From contig RHPI01002069.1 in the NCBI GenBank assembly GCA_009103225.1, positions 1,760,846-1,824,845 of the forward strand: 64,000 bases of DNA, given 5' to 3'. The notes under the pieces were generated by a model. It searched no databases, was not told the origin of the DNA, and saw nothing but the letters and a program-made list of their open reading frames with translations. This DNA is from Chlorokybus atmophyticus. Taxonomy: Eukaryota > Plantae > Mesostigma and Chlorokybus algae. Position numbers and translations under genes: made by a program. Every line of letters starts with the position of its first letter. Position 1 is the first letter of the stretch. Below are positions 63,684 to 64,000 of this stretch, piece by piece.

Positions 63684-63870
63684 TCACCGCTGCGGTAGCT
63701 TCTCTGGTGGCAACGCAGCCAGCATTTGCGAGACTCCGTCGTTTGCGATGGTGACGATTGTAGCAGGGTCGCTCTCAGGAAGTGGGACCAACCAAGGCTC
63801 GCCGTCAATCTGCAAATACGCCTCCTTGAACCTCTTTGTCCCGTGAAGTTCCGCGCGCACCTTACTCACC
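63684..63870 (-). CDS. DGK: Diacylglycerol kinase, last exon (gene continues beyond the window)
   Basis: EAYLQIDGEPWLVPLP...VTIANDGVSQML is the C-terminus of the DAGK accessory domain (QIDGEPW). Confidence 0.8.
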
Positions 63871-64000
63871 TGCGCACGACAACGTGATGTTGCACTGGAC
63901 TCAGGTATAGCTCCCACATGCACTCTGCCACGCAAACAGAAGGCAGATTGTGTATTTCATGAGTGCACGTGTGAGTGCACGGCAAAACTTAGTAGAAGTA

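Overview
Eukaryotic, intron-rich (GT-AG) genomic DNA, most consistent with a green alga or other Viridiplantae lineage (plant-type RRS1, SEC22, PDX2, FEX, LpxK, BPA1-like and plastid-targeted YrdC genes). The lineage is inferred, not searched. About 18 spliced genes are recognisable, mostly as head-to-head pairs: RRS1/RCD1, NUP214/SEC22, FEX/cis-prenyltransferase, small coiled-coil gene/PDI, single-pass membrane protein/DNA polymerase kappa, and BPA1-like/PDX2. Also present are YrdC, a bacterial-type carboxylesterase, LpxK, two uncharacterised genes and the 3' end of a diacylglycerol kinase. The main accessory feature is a ~4.45 kb minus-strand LTR element (17520-21968). It has ~0.9 kb LTRs, a polypurine tract and a candidate 5-bp TSD, no recognisable gag/pol, and a decayed Cys-rich, coiled-coil, TM-anchored (env-like) reading frame. 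Other unexplained structure includes a diverged inverted duplication around a DUF3339-like gene, a long perfect hairpin between YrdC and FEX, two AT-rich islands, and a recurring bidirectional-promoter architecture with outward-facing GGC/GGT tracts. There are two N gaps (13500-13792, 45906-46067). No rRNA, tRNA or CRISPR array was seen. Gene coordinates span introns and were assembled by eye.
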